Assembly (NCBI GenBank): GCA_019752595.1
Contig: JAIELV010000001.1
Location: forward strand, 312,486-376,485
Direction of reading: 5' to 3'
DNA: 64,000 nucleotides
DNA from: Patescibacteria group bacterium
Lineage (GTDB): Bacteria; Patescibacteriota; Minisyncoccia; Phycocordibacterales; Phycocordibacteraceae
Position numbers and translations under genes: made by a program. Each line of letters starts with the position of its first letter. Position 1 is the stretch's first letter. The notes beneath the pieces are model-generated. The model was not told the origin of the DNA and ran no database searches. It saw nothing but the letters and a program-made list of their open reading frames with translations. Shown here piece after piece: positions 46,286 through 57,590 of the stretch.

Positions 46286-47029
46286 TTATTTTTGGGGACG
46301 TAGTGTGTGCATAGCAGCTAATAAGATACTCGTTTCTTTTACGCAATTACCACGAAAGTTGTCTTTCTCGAAAAACAGTGCCATGCGAGTCAAAAAATGC
46401 TCAAATACGCGAGGTTTAACCCAGTCCGGATTTAGAGCGAGAATTTTAGCTATGGTTGGCAGTGCTCGGTAACGGCCTGCGCATAGCGTATGATACACCA
46501 CACCCGCAAGTTCAAATTCTTTCGTGAATTTTCCGTAAATTTCTAAATCGAAGTCGATGTGTACCAGCCCTGTTTCGGGAGCAATCAACATGTTTGGCGT
46601 CCAGCGGTCGCCGTAGACGATACTTTTTTTGTGCGCAGAACGAAGGTCAGAGAAAAGGTCGTACACAGTTCTGTCGATATCCGCATCTGATGCCTCTTGC
46701 ATAAATTTATCTATGGTTTTTGCATTGTTTAAAAACCGATAGTACGGAACATCTTTTTCATCCACATATGCCGGCGGGATCACTCGCAGACCTTGACGTG
46801 CCGCATTGGTTGCGAATTGAACTTGCTCGGCGGAAGTACGTCTCCGGAAGCGGCCACCTAAGTCGGTAAAACCAATAAAGTGGTATTCGTGAGCGTTTTT
46901 GCGAATAATCTCTTTTGTAGTGTCTTTTGGGTTTCTCGTTAAAAACTCTCGTCCTAATTCATCGACTACAAACTCGTGCACGTTGAGCGCACCTTCCAAA
47001 GGTTCCCTAAATAGCTTTCTGAATTCCAT
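46286..47029 (-). CDS. Protein kinase-like fold phosphotransferase (APH/Kdo/Bud32-like)
   Basis: GLRVIP, H..SIVYGDRWTPNMLI, HIDFD. Confidence 0.7.
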   Translation of the reverse strand: MEFRKLFREPLEGALNVHEFVVDELGREFLTRNPKDTTKEIIRKNAHEYHFIGFTDLGGRFRRRTSAEQVQFATNAARQGLRVIPPAYVDEKDVPYYRFLNNAKTIDKFMQEASDADIDRTVYDLFSDLRSAHKKSIVYGDRWTPNMLIAPETGLVHIDFDLEIYGKFTKEFELAGVVYHTLCAGRYRALPTIAKILALNPDWVKPRVFEHFLTRMALFFEKDNFRGNCVKETSILLAAMHTLRPQK

Positions 47030-47091
47030 TGTTGACTAATGACCATAGCAAGGAATAATTTTTGAGTCAAAAGCGGAGTTACAATATACCT

Positions 47092-48672
47092 ATGTTGTAT
47101 TTCCTCTACGCCCGCAAAAGCACCGACAACGAAGACATGCAGGTGTTATCCATCGAGGCACAACTTTCAGAGTTGCGCTCACTCGCCAAAAAGGAAGGAC
47201 TAGAAATTGCTGCCGAATTCATAGAAAAACAATCCGCCAAAATGCCCGGGCGTCCACACTTCAACGAAATGATTGAACGTGTTCGCAAAGGCGAAGCAGA
47301 AGGAATCCTGTGTTGGAAATTAGATCGTCTTGCAAGGAATCCCGTTGATAGCGGGCAAGTGTCGTGGCTTTTGCAGAGTGAAATTTTGAAACACATCCGC
47401 ACACCAGAACGCTCCTATTTTTCAGAAGATAGCGTTTTGCTTATGTCTGTTGAATTCGGCATGGCAAACCAGTACATTCGTGATTTGGCATACAACACCA
47501 AGCGTGGACTAAGAGAAAAAGCACGTCGTGGTGAGTTTCCAAGCGTTGCGCCTCTTGGGTATCAAAATAATCCGCGAACGAAAAGAATTTATGTTGATAA
47601 AAAGAAATCACTTCTCATTCGGAAAGCGTTTGAGTTGTATGCCGAAGGCAACAAACGATTAGAAGATATTTCACAATTCCTTTTTGAGAACGGCATCAAA
47701 ACCAAGGCGCAAAAACATTGGGGCAAGAGCGCGGGCGGAAAGCGCCTTGCCAAAGACGGGGCTAAGAAAATCCTCACCACAACCTTTTACTACGGCGATT
47801 TCTACTATTCCGGCGAGTGGTACAAGGGTACGCACACACCGATAATCACGAAACAGCTTTTTGACCAAGTGCAAAAAGTCATTGAGGCGCGCGGACATGT
47901 GCGCAAGAGCGCAAAGAACGACCCGCAAGCATTGTGTGGGTTACTGCGTTGCGGTTCGTGCGGCTGTTCCATAACCGCCGAAGTCATAACCAAGAAAAAG
48001 CAGAAGAATGGAATCGTACATCGGTACACCTATTACCGGTGTACGAAAAAGAGAGGTGCATGCGCCGAACCATACATCCGTGAGGAAGAACTGACGGCTC
48101 AACTTTCTCTAACACTTTCCAGTTTTGCTTTGCCCGAAAAATGGGCAAAGGAGATGTTTGCCTTGGCTGAAAAAGACGAGAGGGATTCGGGCATTTCCGC
48201 GACGGGCGCCCTGCAGGGACTGCGCGACCGAATTAGCGACATAGATTCCAAACTCGCCCGCCTTACCGACCTCTATGTTGAACAGGATATTGAGCGCGAT
48301 GCATACCTTGAACGCAAACGCTCTCTGATGTCGGAAAGGCGGTCATTGGACGAGCAAATCGTGCGTTTAGAGAAGGACGCGACAGCGTGGCTCCAACCAC
48401 TCCGTATGTGGATAAAAGACGCTGAAAACCTTAACCAAATTGCAAAATCCACGGACAAAGCCGTGCAAAAATCCTCCCTCCAAAAAATCTTCGGCTCCAA
48501 CCTGCATCTTTCCGCGCGCGAAGTTTCAGGAAATGCCTTAATGCCTTGGTCATATCTGCACGGGGGAACAGCGGGCGAAGCCCGAAATTTTGGAAGTCTT
48601 CCTGTGGTGCGCCGGGTTGGATTCGAACCAACGGAGACCGAAGTCAGCAGATTTACAGTCTGCCCTCGTTGA
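47092..48672 (+). CDS. Large serine recombinase (resolvase, recombinase, zinc ribbon and coiled-coil domains)
   Basis: YARKS, SIEAQ, GRPHF, KLDRLARN, APLGY, CGSCG...YYRC; C-terminus overlaps tRNA-Tyr antisense. Confidence 0.95.
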   Translation: MLYFLYARKSTDNEDMQVLSIEAQLSELRSLAKKEGLEIAAEFIEKQSAKMPGRPHFNEMIERVRKGEAEGILCWKLDRLARNPVDSGQVSWLLQSEILKHIRTPERSYFSEDSVLLMSVEFGMANQYIRDLAYNTKRGLREKARRGEFPSVAPLGYQNNPRTKRIYVDKKKSLLIRKAFELYAEGNKRLEDISQFLFENGIKTKAQKHWGKSAGGKRLAKDGAKKILTTTFYYGDFYYSGEWYKGTHTPIITKQLFDQVQKVIEARGHVRKSAKNDPQALCGLLRCGSCGCSITAEVITKKKQKNGIVHRYTYYRCTKKRGACAEPYIREEELTAQLSLTLSSFALPEKWAKEMFALAEKDERDSGISATGALQGLRDRISDIDSKLARLTDLYVEQDIERDAYLERKRSLMSERRSLDEQIVRLEKDATAWLQPLRMWIKDAENLNQIAKSTDKAVQKSSLQKIFGSNLHLSAREVSGNALMPWSYLHGGTAGEARNFGSLPVVRRVGFEPTETEVSRFTVCPR

Positions 48673-48690
48673 CCACTTGAGTACCGACGC
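48605..48690 (-). tRNA. tRNA-Tyr(GTA)
   Basis: GCGTCGG/CCGGCGC acceptor, GCAGA-CTGTAAA-TCTGC, long variable arm, encoded CCA. Confidence 0.95.
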
Positions 48691-48738
48691 AAACGGGTAT
48701 GCAGGAGCATACCCGTTTCGGGAGTGTATCACTTTTAT

Positions 48739-51432
48739 CTAGTTTTTTGAACCCGAAGCAATAGTCGCTCTGTGTGCCTTGGTCGCACGAGCGCTCTTCT
48801 TTACATCAAACACAAACTCCTTGCCCTTGAGCCCCACCGTCACTGTTCCCCCTTCCATAACGCCCTGAGACACCATAAAAGATGCAACGGGGGTCAGAAT
48901 CTTTGACTGAATCAGGCGCTTCAATGGTCGTGCACCATACTGCGGGTTATAGCCTTCCGTAGAAAGAAATTCATACACCTCGGGCTTAATCTCAAGTGTG
49001 ATGTCTTTTGTTTTCAAGCGTTCCTCCACAATCTTGACCTGCATGTCTACGATATTCTTGATAGCAGCAGGCGAAAGAATATCGAAGATAATAATTTCGT
49101 CCAAGCGGTTCAGGAACTCTGGTCGGAAGAAATCCTTCAGGCGCTCCGTCACTTTATCCTTAATCAATCCATACTGGCCTTTATCGTCGCCCTGTGTTTT
49201 CGAGAATCCGAATGTCGACATTTTGTCGATAAATTCCGCTCCGATGTTTGAAGTCAGAATAACAATCGTGTTCTTGAAGTTCACCTTTCTTCCCTTTGCA
49301 TCCGTCAGGTGTCCGTTGTCTAAAACCTGCAGAAGAATGTTAAACACCTCAGGGTGTGCTTTCTCAATTTCGTCGAACAAAACAACCGCATACGGACGGT
49401 GACGCACTTTCTCAGTCAGCGTGCCTCCTTCTTCGTGACCCACATACCCTGGCGGAGAACCAATGATTTTCGAGACGGAATGCTTCTCCATGAACTCAGA
49501 CATGTCGACACGGATAATCGCACCATCATCGTCGAACATAAATTTCGCAAGTGCTTTTGAAAGTTCTGTTTTACCAACACCTGTTGGACCTAAGAATAGG
49601 AATGAGCCTATCGGGCGGTTCGGGTCTGCAATACCCACACGTGAGCGTTTTACCGCATCTGACACGGATCTCACTGCGTCGTCCTGCCCTACCACCTGAC
49701 CTTTCAATTCTTCTTCCATTCGCGCGAGCTTTTTCGCTTCCGCTTCGAGCATGCGCGACACAGGAACTCCCGTCCACTTCGAAACCACCTGAGCAATATC
49801 AACGTCAGTTACTTCTTCTTTCAACACACGACGCGAACGCTGGAAGCGTTTCAGCTTGTTCATTTCATTCTCAAGCTCTTTCGCCAACGACGGAAGTTTG
49901 CCGTAGCGAATTTCTGCCGCGCGACCCAAATCTGCACGCGCTTCTGCTGATTCTGCTTCGCTCTTCAGCTGGTCTACCTCTTTCTTTATCTTACCGATTG
50001 CGGCAAGCACTTCTTTCTCATTCTTCCACTTCACCTCCAAATCAGCGGTCGTTTCGCGCAATTCTGCTACATCTTTTTCAATCGCCTTGATGCGCGTTTT
50101 GGTGTTTTTGCCTACGTTATCCGCTTCGTCTTTTTTGAGTGCCGCAAGTTCAATCTCAAGACGGCGAATCTTTCTGTCAGTCTCTTCGAGAAGTGGGGGC
50201 TTATTCTCAAGTGCGATTTTCATCGCAGACGCCGCCTCATCGATGAGGTCAACGGCTTTGTCAGGCAAGAAGCGGTCGGTGATGTAACGGCTGGAAAGTT
50301 CTACCGCCGCAACGATAGCGTCGTCAGTGATGCGCACGCCGTGATACAGCTCGTACTTATCGCGCAGACCGCGCAAAATAGCAACCGCATCTTCCGTTGA
50401 CGGCTCATTTACATACACAGGCTGAAAGCGGCGCGTAAGTGCGGGGTCACGTTCAATGTGTTGCTGGTACTCCTTCAGGGTCGTGGCACCGATGATGCGC
50501 ATGTCGCCGCGAGCCAAGGCGGGCTTCAGCATGTTGCTAGCGTCCATTGCACCTTCTGCGGCTCCTGCGCCCACGAGCGTGTGAATTTCGTCGACGAAGA
50601 GAATAACTTTCCCTTCGGCCTTCTCCACTTCTTTCATGATTGTCTTCAATCGCTCCTCAAACTCTCCGCGGTATTTCGTGCCCGCAATCAGAAGTCCAAG
50701 GTCGAGTGTCAAAAGTTCTTTATTTTTCAGAGATTCAGGAACGTCGCTCACCGCCATTCTCTGCGCGAGCCCTTCCGCAATTGCGGTTTTACCCACGCCC
50801 GCTTCACCGATTAAAATCGGGTTGTTTTTTGTACGACGGGAAAGTATCTGAATCACGCGGCTGATTTCTGAATCGCGACCAATGACAGGGTCCAGCTTGT
50901 TGTCCTGCGCGAGCTTGGTGAGGTTTCTGGTGTATTTGGTAAGTGTGCGCATTTTTTTCGGTTCTTGTGGCTGTGTGTCCCTGCCCTGCTTGAATTCTTG
51001 AATGACCGATACCACCGCGTTTCTGTCGACGCGAAAACGATTGAAAATTTCCGCTGACGGTCCTGGGTGCTGAAGCACGCCGAGGAACAAATGTTCAACA
51101 GACACAAATGACTCACCGAATGTGCCTGCAATTTTGACTGCCGCTTCAAGTGCCTGTGCCAAATCTGGCGTGAGGTACAACTGGTAGCTTGCTGAAAGCA
51201 CTGAACCCGCAGGAGGTGCTTCAAGTAAATCAATAACGGAATCGGTGAAAAGAACGGTGTCGACATCCAAACGCTCGAGTATCGCAACCACGGGCGATTC
51301 TTCCTGCATCAAAAGAGCGGCAATCAGGTGCAATGAAGAAACGTGATTCTGTCCACGTTCGATCGCAAGCTCGTGCGCTTTACGCACTGCTTCTTTTGCC
51401 TTCGTTGTGAAATTTCCAAATGGAGGTGGCAT
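48739..51432 (-). CDS. clpB: ATP-dependent chaperone ClpB
   Basis: Two AAA modules ([16 protein letters not shown]), long coiled-coil M domain, GARPL. Confidence 0.93.
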   Translation of the reverse strand: MPPPFGNFTTKAKEAVRKAHELAIERGQNHVSSLHLIAALLMQEESPVVAILERLDVDTVLFTDSVIDLLEAPPAGSVLSASYQLYLTPDLAQALEAAVKIAGTFGESFVSVEHLFLGVLQHPGPSAEIFNRFRVDRNAVVSVIQEFKQGRDTQPQEPKKMRTLTKYTRNLTKLAQDNKLDPVIGRDSEISRVIQILSRRTKNNPILIGEAGVGKTAIAEGLAQRMAVSDVPESLKNKELLTLDLGLLIAGTKYRGEFEERLKTIMKEVEKAEGKVILFVDEIHTLVGAGAAEGAMDASNMLKPALARGDMRIIGATTLKEYQQHIERDPALTRRFQPVYVNEPSTEDAVAILRGLRDKYELYHGVRITDDAIVAAVELSSRYITDRFLPDKAVDLIDEAASAMKIALENKPPLLEETDRKIRRLEIELAALKKDEADNVGKNTKTRIKAIEKDVAELRETTADLEVKWKNEKEVLAAIGKIKKEVDQLKSEAESAEARADLGRAAEIRYGKLPSLAKELENEMNKLKRFQRSRRVLKEEVTDVDIAQVVSKWTGVPVSRMLEAEAKKLARMEEELKGQVVGQDDAVRSVSDAVKRSRVGIADPNRPIGSFLFLGPTGVGKTELSKALAKFMFDDDGAIIRVDMSEFMEKHSVSKIIGSPPGYVGHEEGGTLTEKVRHRPYAVVLFDEIEKAHPEVFNILLQVLDNGHLTDAKGRKVNFKNTIVILTSNIGAEFIDKMSTFGFSKTQGDDKGQYGLIKDKVTERLKDFFRPEFLNRLDEIIIFDILSPAAIKNIVDMQVKIVEERLKTKDITLEIKPEVYEFLSTEGYNPQYGARPLKRLIQSKILTPVASFMVSQGVMEGGTVTVGLKGKEFVFDVKKSARATKAHRATIASGSKN

Positions 51433-51488
51433 ACCTCTAGTATACCAAAAAGCCTGAAAAAAGTTTCAAGTGCAGATATACGTACAAA

Positions 51489-52307
51489 CTACCGTGCAGG
51501 AGTTGATGTCGCCGCGGGCGCTGTAAACAGAAGGGCTATGTCGGAAGCGGATACAAAAGAGCCTGCGGGAGTCATGTATGTTGAAATACCGATAAAATCC
51601 CCAAAGATATTTACGAGGGGTGTACCAGGAACTAGTGTTCCAGCGATATTGGTATCAATAGTCCGCACACCTACAACTGTTTTGTCTTTCTTTGTAACAT
51701 CCACAAGCGGGGTTCGAGAAGAGACCGCACCTATTTGCACACGCTCATTTGTCACCGACAAAAGCCCTATAGCCGTCTGCCCCAGCTTCAGAGAATCAGT
51801 TGCCCCAACCATAAAGCCACCTTTCAAAGATTCTTTTGTGTCTTTCGGTACCAAAAGCGCAACACCAATTTCAGGATACTCCGCTTGTACCGAATAGACA
51901 GCAGAAACGCCACCGACAGTTATCAAGTGATCGCCGTCAACCACCGAAGAATCTGAAATGACACCCAGCGAAGTTACCGCGGCAAGACCAACGATTGAGG
52001 AAGATGTTGCGACACCGCCATATACTCGAGCCGTTTTTGCAAACGATTCAGAAATCGACTTCGTGATAAGGTCTTCTTCTTTTACCACCACGGTCGTTTC
52101 TTTAATCGTGACGGACGGCTTGGAATCGGTAGCTGGCAATACCGTTTCTACGGTTCTTTCAACAATCTGATTCACCGTGTTCGTAACCGAAGCAGGCGCC
52201 TGCGCCAAGAGTGAGACCGTCACAATACCTGTTGCAATAGATGTGACGAACGACACCAAGAGCGCCAACAGAATGATTTGCGTTGTCGAGAGATCCTCTA
52301 TATCCAT
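51489..52307 (-). CDS. Membrane-anchored trypsin/HtrA-like protein, apparently catalytically dead
   Basis: N-terminal TM; LKLGQTAIGL...IDTNI...PGTPLVNIFGDFIGI aligns with the HtrA C-terminal pattern but lacks GNSGG. Confidence 0.65.
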   Translation of the reverse strand: MDIEDLSTTQIILLALLVSFVTSIATGIVTVSLLAQAPASVTNTVNQIVERTVETVLPATDSKPSVTIKETTVVVKEEDLITKSISESFAKTARVYGGVATSSSIVGLAAVTSLGVISDSSVVDGDHLITVGGVSAVYSVQAEYPEIGVALLVPKDTKESLKGGFMVGATDSLKLGQTAIGLLSVTNERVQIGAVSSRTPLVDVTKKDKTVVGVRTIDTNIAGTLVPGTPLVNIFGDFIGISTYMTPAGSFVSASDIALLFTAPAATSTPAR

Positions 52308-52528
52308 GCAGGAATTGTACACCTTCCGTGAACGTGCGCCATGCATGCCGTTCATATAATAAAAAACGCGCACCACGCGCGCGCAAAAACACTTTCAAGA
52401 ACACATTTTAAAATTGAACCGTCCTAATTTCTTACTTTAAAAACGCGAGTATCAAAAATAGGACGATTGCACTTTGTATTACAGTTGGAATCGTCATATC
52501 GGAATGGTACCACGCTTGTCAAGTCCTG

Positions 52529-53737
52529 TCAACCAGCACCCTGTGAATTTCGAAGGACTTTCTTCAAGGCCCTAACCGCCTCAGCCAATTCCCACTCTTC
52601 GGTTTCGGGTCCTAGAGAAAATCGTATAGTTCCCTTCGAAAGCCCTGAATCCCCCGTCAATTCTTGCACCACATGTGAATATCCGCCCCCCGAGCCACCA
52701 CACGCCGAGCGGGGTGTTACTGAAATGCCCTCCTTATCCATAAGGACGGCGAGGTATTCCCCATCAACATTGGGAATAGTAAACAACGCGTTGTTGGCAA
52801 TTCTCCGTTTTGGATGCCCAACCAGTTTTGCCTCAGGAATTTCTTTCAAAAGCTTTTCAATAAACCAGTCACGAAGCGCTCGCACGCGCTCCTCACGTCG
52901 CACCCGATGTTCTTTTGCAGTTTTAAACGCAAGCGCGGCGCCAATAATCCCAGGCACGTTTTCCGTGCCTGGGCGCACACCCCGCTCCTGAGTACCTCCG
53001 CCCATAATCGCTGCAATCGGAACTGAAAAATCTCGATATAACACACCAATTCCTTTCGGTCCTTGTATTTTCTGTGCATCATACGAAACTAAATCCGCAT
53101 GAAGTGTGTGAGGAGCAGCGTCGAGGTAGAGCGGTGATTGTGCGGCGTCAGTGTGCAAAACGGGCAAAGAAAATTCGGGCACGCTTTCTTTGTGTTTCGA
53201 GACGTTGCGGTCTTTGTACCTTTGCAGTGTATGTGCGATTTCTCCTATGGGTGACACTGAACCTGTTTCAGAATTCACATGCGCGATACTGACGAGTACT
53301 GTTTCGGGCGTGAGAACATCAAGTACTGAATCAGGTGTAATGATTCCGTCGAACGCAGGCTTGATATAGGTCGCACGAACTCCTAATTCCTCTGCAAGTG
53401 CACAGGCTTCAAGAATAGATGCGTGCTCAATAGTTGATGTCACGATGTGCATATCAGCGTATGCAATTCCCCGATTTTTAAGTGCACGCAACACGCCACG
53501 GATGGCAAGGTTATTTGATTCAGTTCCGCCAGAAGTAAACACCAGCTCTTCAGGTTTTACAGAAAGCGCGCGGGCGGTTTCTGTACGTGCGCTTTGAAGT
53601 GCGTCATGCGCGCGCCGCCCCTCTTCATGGGTTGCACTCGGATTTCCACTCACTTCTTCAAGTGCGGTATAGACGGCGCGCGCCACAGCGGGCAGAACGG
53701 GCGTTGCGGACGCAAAATCTAAATAAATTCTCCTCAT
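52529..53737 (-). CDS. iscS: Cysteine desulfurase (NifS/IscS type)
   Basis: IYLDFASATP, FTSGGTESNN, HTDAAQ, AQKIQGPKG, RPGTEN, SAC. Confidence 0.9.
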   Translation of the reverse strand: MRRIYLDFASATPVLPAVARAVYTALEEVSGNPSATHEEGRRAHDALQSARTETARALSVKPEELVFTSGGTESNNLAIRGVLRALKNRGIAYADMHIVTSTIEHASILEACALAEELGVRATYIKPAFDGIITPDSVLDVLTPETVLVSIAHVNSETGSVSPIGEIAHTLQRYKDRNVSKHKESVPEFSLPVLHTDAAQSPLYLDAAPHTLHADLVSYDAQKIQGPKGIGVLYRDFSVPIAAIMGGGTQERGVRPGTENVPGIIGAALAFKTAKEHRVRREERVRALRDWFIEKLLKEIPEAKLVGHPKRRIANNALFTIPNVDGEYLAVLMDKEGISVTPRSACGGSGGGYSHVVQELTGDSGLSKGTIRFSLGPETEEWELAEAVRALKKVLRNSQGAG

Positions 53738-53780
53738 GTACCTGTGGAGTACATTGAAACACACTTGCTATACTTCAGCG

Positions 53781-54275
53781 ATGGAGAACATCGGGTTTAT
53801 TCAGTTTTTTCTTGCAGATGTCGTCGCACATCCACTTACCACCATACTCGCAGTCTTTTCATTTATTTTACTTATTGCTGTTGTATGGCTCGCCCACCGC
53901 ATAGATGTACTTACTCGCGGTGGCGATGGAAAATCAATTGAAAGCACGCTTACTGCACTTTCTCTACGCGTAGAAAAATTAGAGCGCCATGCGAGCGCAG
54001 CAACTGAGGGTTTGAAAAATCACGAAGAGCGAATACAGCGCGCAGTCTCGGGCGTTTCAGTAAAACGCTTTGATCCATTCCAAAATGCAGGTGGCCAGCA
54101 GAGCTTCGCATCTGCACTTTTGAACGAAAACGGCGACGGTGTGGTGTTGTCTGGTATCCATTCAAGAGACGGCGTCCGTGTGTACGCAAAGGAAGTGAAA
54201 AAGTTTGCGTCTGAACGCGAACTTTCGGAAGAAGAAACTGGTGCAATCGCCGACACGAAAGCAAAACTCGGCTAA
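53781..54275 (+). CDS. DUF4446 family protein
   Basis: RFDPF...GGQQSFASALL...GDGVVLSGIHSRD..RVYAK...LSEEE. Confidence 0.85.
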   Translation: MENIGFIQFFLADVVAHPLTTILAVFSFILLIAVVWLAHRIDVLTRGGDGKSIESTLTALSLRVEKLERHASAATEGLKNHEERIQRAVSGVSVKRFDPFQNAGGQQSFASALLNENGDGVVLSGIHSRDGVRVYAKEVKKFASERELSEEETGAIADTKAKLG

Positions 54276-54886
54276 TCTTCACGAGATTGACGGGGAGCGG
54301 ATTTCTTTTTGCGCGATCGATAGAGACGCATATAATCCCGATGCCCTTCAGGTCCGAGTGTTGAGACTTTCCCTGGACTCAAATCTCCCCATTTTTCACG
54401 AAACGCTTCCTCCTCTCTCCCTTCCCACGGGTTCCTAATTACTTTAGGCATAACCTCCTCAATGCCGTGGTAGCGACAATAATTTACAAAGTTCGGATCA
54501 ACTCTCTGCACCTGACCTATTGTTTTACCGTTATGTACAAGCCGATAATATTCCTCAGGATCTCCATACGGTCGGTAATGCTCCACAATTGAGAGAAGGC
54601 CGTTTTTCTTAAAAAAATTGTACATTTCTCTTTCTTCCTGATCTCCATATCGAAGTTGTTTAGGAGTTGGCCGTTTTCCAGACTCTAATGCGTTGTATGC
54701 GCGAACTAATCGGACAATCTCCTTCAACTCTCCGTAGACACCCCCTTCGCGTGCGGTTGCAATAAGTCTTGGATTTATTCTCTCGAGTGTAGCTATGTCC
54801 ATACCTAAGTATTTCCGTTTGTAGACACCGAGAACTTGAGTCCCAGACTTTCTCGTATTTAACTCGCGTGTTCCTCTTTCAACCAT
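54272..54886 (-). CDS. Hypothetical protein
   Basis: About 204-aa ORF between DUF4446 and infB. Confidence 0.55.
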   Translation of the reverse strand: MVERGTRELNTRKSGTQVLGVYKRKYLGMDIATLERINPRLIATAREGGVYGELKEIVRLVRAYNALESGKRPTPKQLRYGDQEEREMYNFFKKNGLLSIVEHYRPYGDPEEYYRLVHNGKTIGQVQRVDPNFVNYCRYHGIEEVMPKVIRNPWEGREEEAFREKWGDLSPGKVSTLGPEGHRDYMRLYRSRKKKSAPRQSRED

Positions 54887-54952
54887 TCTTTTAGTATAGG
54901 GTCTTGAAAAATTATTTGCTAACAACGTCAATTCGTGGTTTTCTGCTGTGTA

Positions 54953-56446
54953 ATGGCTGAAAACGGCAACATCTGCAAACAACCTGTAGTCGCTATCGTT
55001 GGACACATTGACCACGGCAAGACGACGTTGTTGGACTACATCAGAAAATCATCTGTAGCCGCAAAAGAAACAGGCGGTATTACTCAGCGCGTATCTGCAT
55101 ACGAAGTCACTCACACAGGTGCTGAAGGCACTCGCATGATGACCTTTATAGACACTCCAGGCCACGAAGCGTTCCAAAAGATGCGAGTGCGCGCAGGCTC
55201 TGCGGCTGATATCGCCATTCTTATAGTTGCAGCTGACGACGGTGTAAAACCACAGACACAGGAAGCATACAAAGCAATTCAGAATGCAAAGATTCCTTTT
55301 ATTGTCGCTTTCACAAAAATAGACAAAGACACCGCAAACGTCGAGAAGGCAAAAGAATCGGTCATGCGCGAGGGAATTTACCTTGAAGGCTTGGGTGGCG
55401 AAATTCCTTTTGCACAAATCTCAGGTAAGACAGGCGCAGGCGTACCAGAACTCCTCGACCTCATCGCACTTGTTTCAGATGTGAACGCGATAACCTGCGA
55501 CTCTGAAAAACCCGTAGAAGCAATTGTTATTGAGTCATCACGTGATCCGAAAATCGGCATTGCCGCAACGGTTATTATCCGCCAAGGAACTATTGAAACA
55601 GGCGGATTTGCCGTTACTGGAAAAGCATTCGCCCCACTTCGTGTTCTTGAAGATTTCGCAGGTAACAAAGTAACTTCTATCCGTTGCGGAAAACCTGCAC
55701 GCATCACTGGTTTTACAGAAGAGCCGAAAGTGGGTTCCTTGGTCACAACGGTGAAGACAAAGAAAGACGCAGAAAATGCAGTTTCGGATGCACTGAGAAA
55801 TGCTTCGGTAAAACAAGGGGCGTACGCAGATGAATCAAAATTCGTAGTGCGGTTAATTCTAAAAGCAGATACCGCGGGCTCGCTTGAAGCACTTGAACAT
55901 GAAGTGGCGAAAATATCTCACGAACGTGTTTCAATTCTCACCGTCCTCTCTGGTGTTGGTTCAATTACCGAAAGCGACATAAAACCCGTCATCGGTTTTT
56001 CTCCTTCCCTGATTTTAGGCTTCAACGTGAAAGCTGAAGGAAGCGCGAAAGACCTTGCAGAACGTCAGCACATCACTCTTGAAACCCGCTCTATCATTTA
56101 CGAACTTGCTGACTGGCTCAAAGAAAAAATACTCGAACTCGCACCACCTGAAGAAACAAAACCTGGAGTAGCGCAAATTATTAAGCACTTCTCAACCTCG
56201 GGCTCAAAGCAGGTCATCGGCGGTCGCGTAACGGAAGGAATACTTTACCGCGACGACCGCGTAACAATTATGAGAAGAGGTATCGAGGTGGGCCCAGGAA
56301 AAATAATTAACCTCCAATCGCACAAAGCGGATGTGGGAAGCGTACCTGAAGGAGAAGAATTTGGTGCACAGATAGAAACGAAAGCAGACATTATCGCCAA
56401 CGACGTAATTGTCGCCCAGAAGAAAAACATCAATGATAAAAGATGA
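54953..56446 (+). CDS. infB: Translation initiation factor IF-2 (short form)
   Basis: [39 protein letters not shown]. Confidence 0.96.
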   Translation: MAENGNICKQPVVAIVGHIDHGKTTLLDYIRKSSVAAKETGGITQRVSAYEVTHTGAEGTRMMTFIDTPGHEAFQKMRVRAGSAADIAILIVAADDGVKPQTQEAYKAIQNAKIPFIVAFTKIDKDTANVEKAKESVMREGIYLEGLGGEIPFAQISGKTGAGVPELLDLIALVSDVNAITCDSEKPVEAIVIESSRDPKIGIAATVIIRQGTIETGGFAVTGKAFAPLRVLEDFAGNKVTSIRCGKPARITGFTEEPKVGSLVTTVKTKKDAENAVSDALRNASVKQGAYADESKFVVRLILKADTAGSLEALEHEVAKISHERVSILTVLSGVGSITESDIKPVIGFSPSLILGFNVKAEGSAKDLAERQHITLETRSIIYELADWLKEKILELAPPEETKPGVAQIIKHFSTSGSKQVIGGRVTEGILYRDDRVTIMRRGIEVGPGKIINLQSHKADVGSVPEGEEFGAQIETKADIIANDVIVAQKKNINDKR

Positions 56447-56744
56447 TCGCATTCTCTCGGCTATTCATACCGCCGCAGCGGAGTTTATAAACCGCGAGTC
56501 AAATCGCCGTTCATTAGTCACCGTAACGAGAGTTGGTTTCCTCGATGAGAAAAACGTACAGATTTTTATTTCTGTATTTCCCCAGAAAGACTTACATGCC
56601 GTGATGGATTTTCTAGGGAGACAGGAAAAAGAATTCCTCGTGTATCTGAAAAAAACCGTCAAACTGCATTTTGTGCCCAGAATGCGCTTTCTCCCTGACC
56701 CTGACATGGGACTACCACCCCCAGCGCCCGTTGAGGAAAAGTAG
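56433..56744 (+). CDS. rbfA: Ribosome-binding factor A
   Basis: Follows infB; LVTVTRV...IFISV...LHFVPRMRF. Confidence 0.8.
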   Translation: MIKDDRILSAIHTAAAEFINRESNRRSLVTVTRVGFLDEKNVQIFISVFPQKDLHAVMDFLGRQEKEFLVYLKKTVKLHFVPRMRFLPDPDMGLPPPAPVEEK

Positions 56745-56837
56745 TTTCACCTGCAATCTAGATCTGATAAGGATTTAATACGTCATCCGTACCCTTGAGA
56801 AATTGCAGTACACATTGTTACCACCTATAATTTTAGC

Positions 56838-57566
56838 GTGGGTGTACGCTATTCATTCAATGAGCATTTCTTTGATAATTGGAATAAAGAAATGGCATAC
56901 GTATTAGGATATATCTTCGCAGACGGAAGCCTTGAATGCTCGCCGCGTATACGAGCACACTACCTACGGATTACCAGTATTGATTTAGAAAGAATTGTTG
57001 CCTTTAAGAAACTCCTTGCGTCTAGCCACACCATTACCAAAACGAAACCTCCCGTTGGGGAAACACAATACATGCTCCGCATTGGTAGTAAGAGGCTGTA
57101 TAAAAGCCTTCTTAGGTATAGACTCCGCCCTAGAAAATCCTTATCCGTAAAAATGCCTGAGATACCCAATCGGTTTCTGAATGATTTTGTAAGGGGATAT
57201 TTTGATGGCGATGGTTGTGTATATATTGAAAAAGCGAGGGGTGAAAAAGGAGGTAAAATTTTGAAAGGAATGCGTGTAATTTTTACAAGTGGAAGTAAAA
57301 AATTTCTTGAAGCTTTGGAGAAAAAAATTTGTGAACGGGCGGGTATAAAAAAGAAAAAAGTCACAGTAGCGCGAAGAAGTTTTCAGTTACGATACAGCAC
57401 CGACGACGGAGTTACGTTATTCAAGTTTTTATATAGAGATGTTAGTGGTATGTGCTATATGAAAAGGAAGTTGGCAAAGTTTAATGAATACTTTAAGCTT
57501 CGCCCAAAGCGCATTGATTCCGAAGTGAAATACGTATTAGAATGCGTAAACGGCACGGTACATTAA
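56838..57566 (+). CDS. LAGLIDADG homing endonuclease (two motifs)
   Basis: AYVLGYIFADGS and FVRGYFDGDGC motifs. Confidence 0.9.
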   Translation: MGVRYSFNEHFFDNWNKEMAYVLGYIFADGSLECSPRIRAHYLRITSIDLERIVAFKKLLASSHTITKTKPPVGETQYMLRIGSKRLYKSLLRYRLRPRKSLSVKMPEIPNRFLNDFVRGYFDGDGCVYIEKARGEKGGKILKGMRVIFTSGSKKFLEALEKKICERAGIKKKKVTVARRSFQLRYSTDDGVTLFKFLYRDVSGMCYMKRKLAKFNEYFKLRPKRIDSEVKYVLECVNGTVH

Positions 57567-57590
57567 TTTTGTCTTGCCTACTCTGTCCAT

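Larger units (their letters stand above)
33370..48672. mobile_element. Putative genomic island at tRNA-Tyr carrying metal-resistance cargo and a serine recombinase (left boundary uncertain)
   Basis: Recombinase overlaps the tRNA 3' end; accessory cargo; GC-rich hairpin at 33385..33418 may mark the far end. Confidence 0.55.

Noticed and set aside
54953-56446. Short IF-2 and ACT-less RelA/SpoT as novelties
   Set aside because: Consistent with ordinary streamlining in reduced genomes; catalytic motifs are intact.
56760-57590. Group I intron or split tRNA around the LAGLIDADG gene
   Set aside because: Neighbouring tRNAs are intact, and flanks are too short for an intron core that I can recognise.
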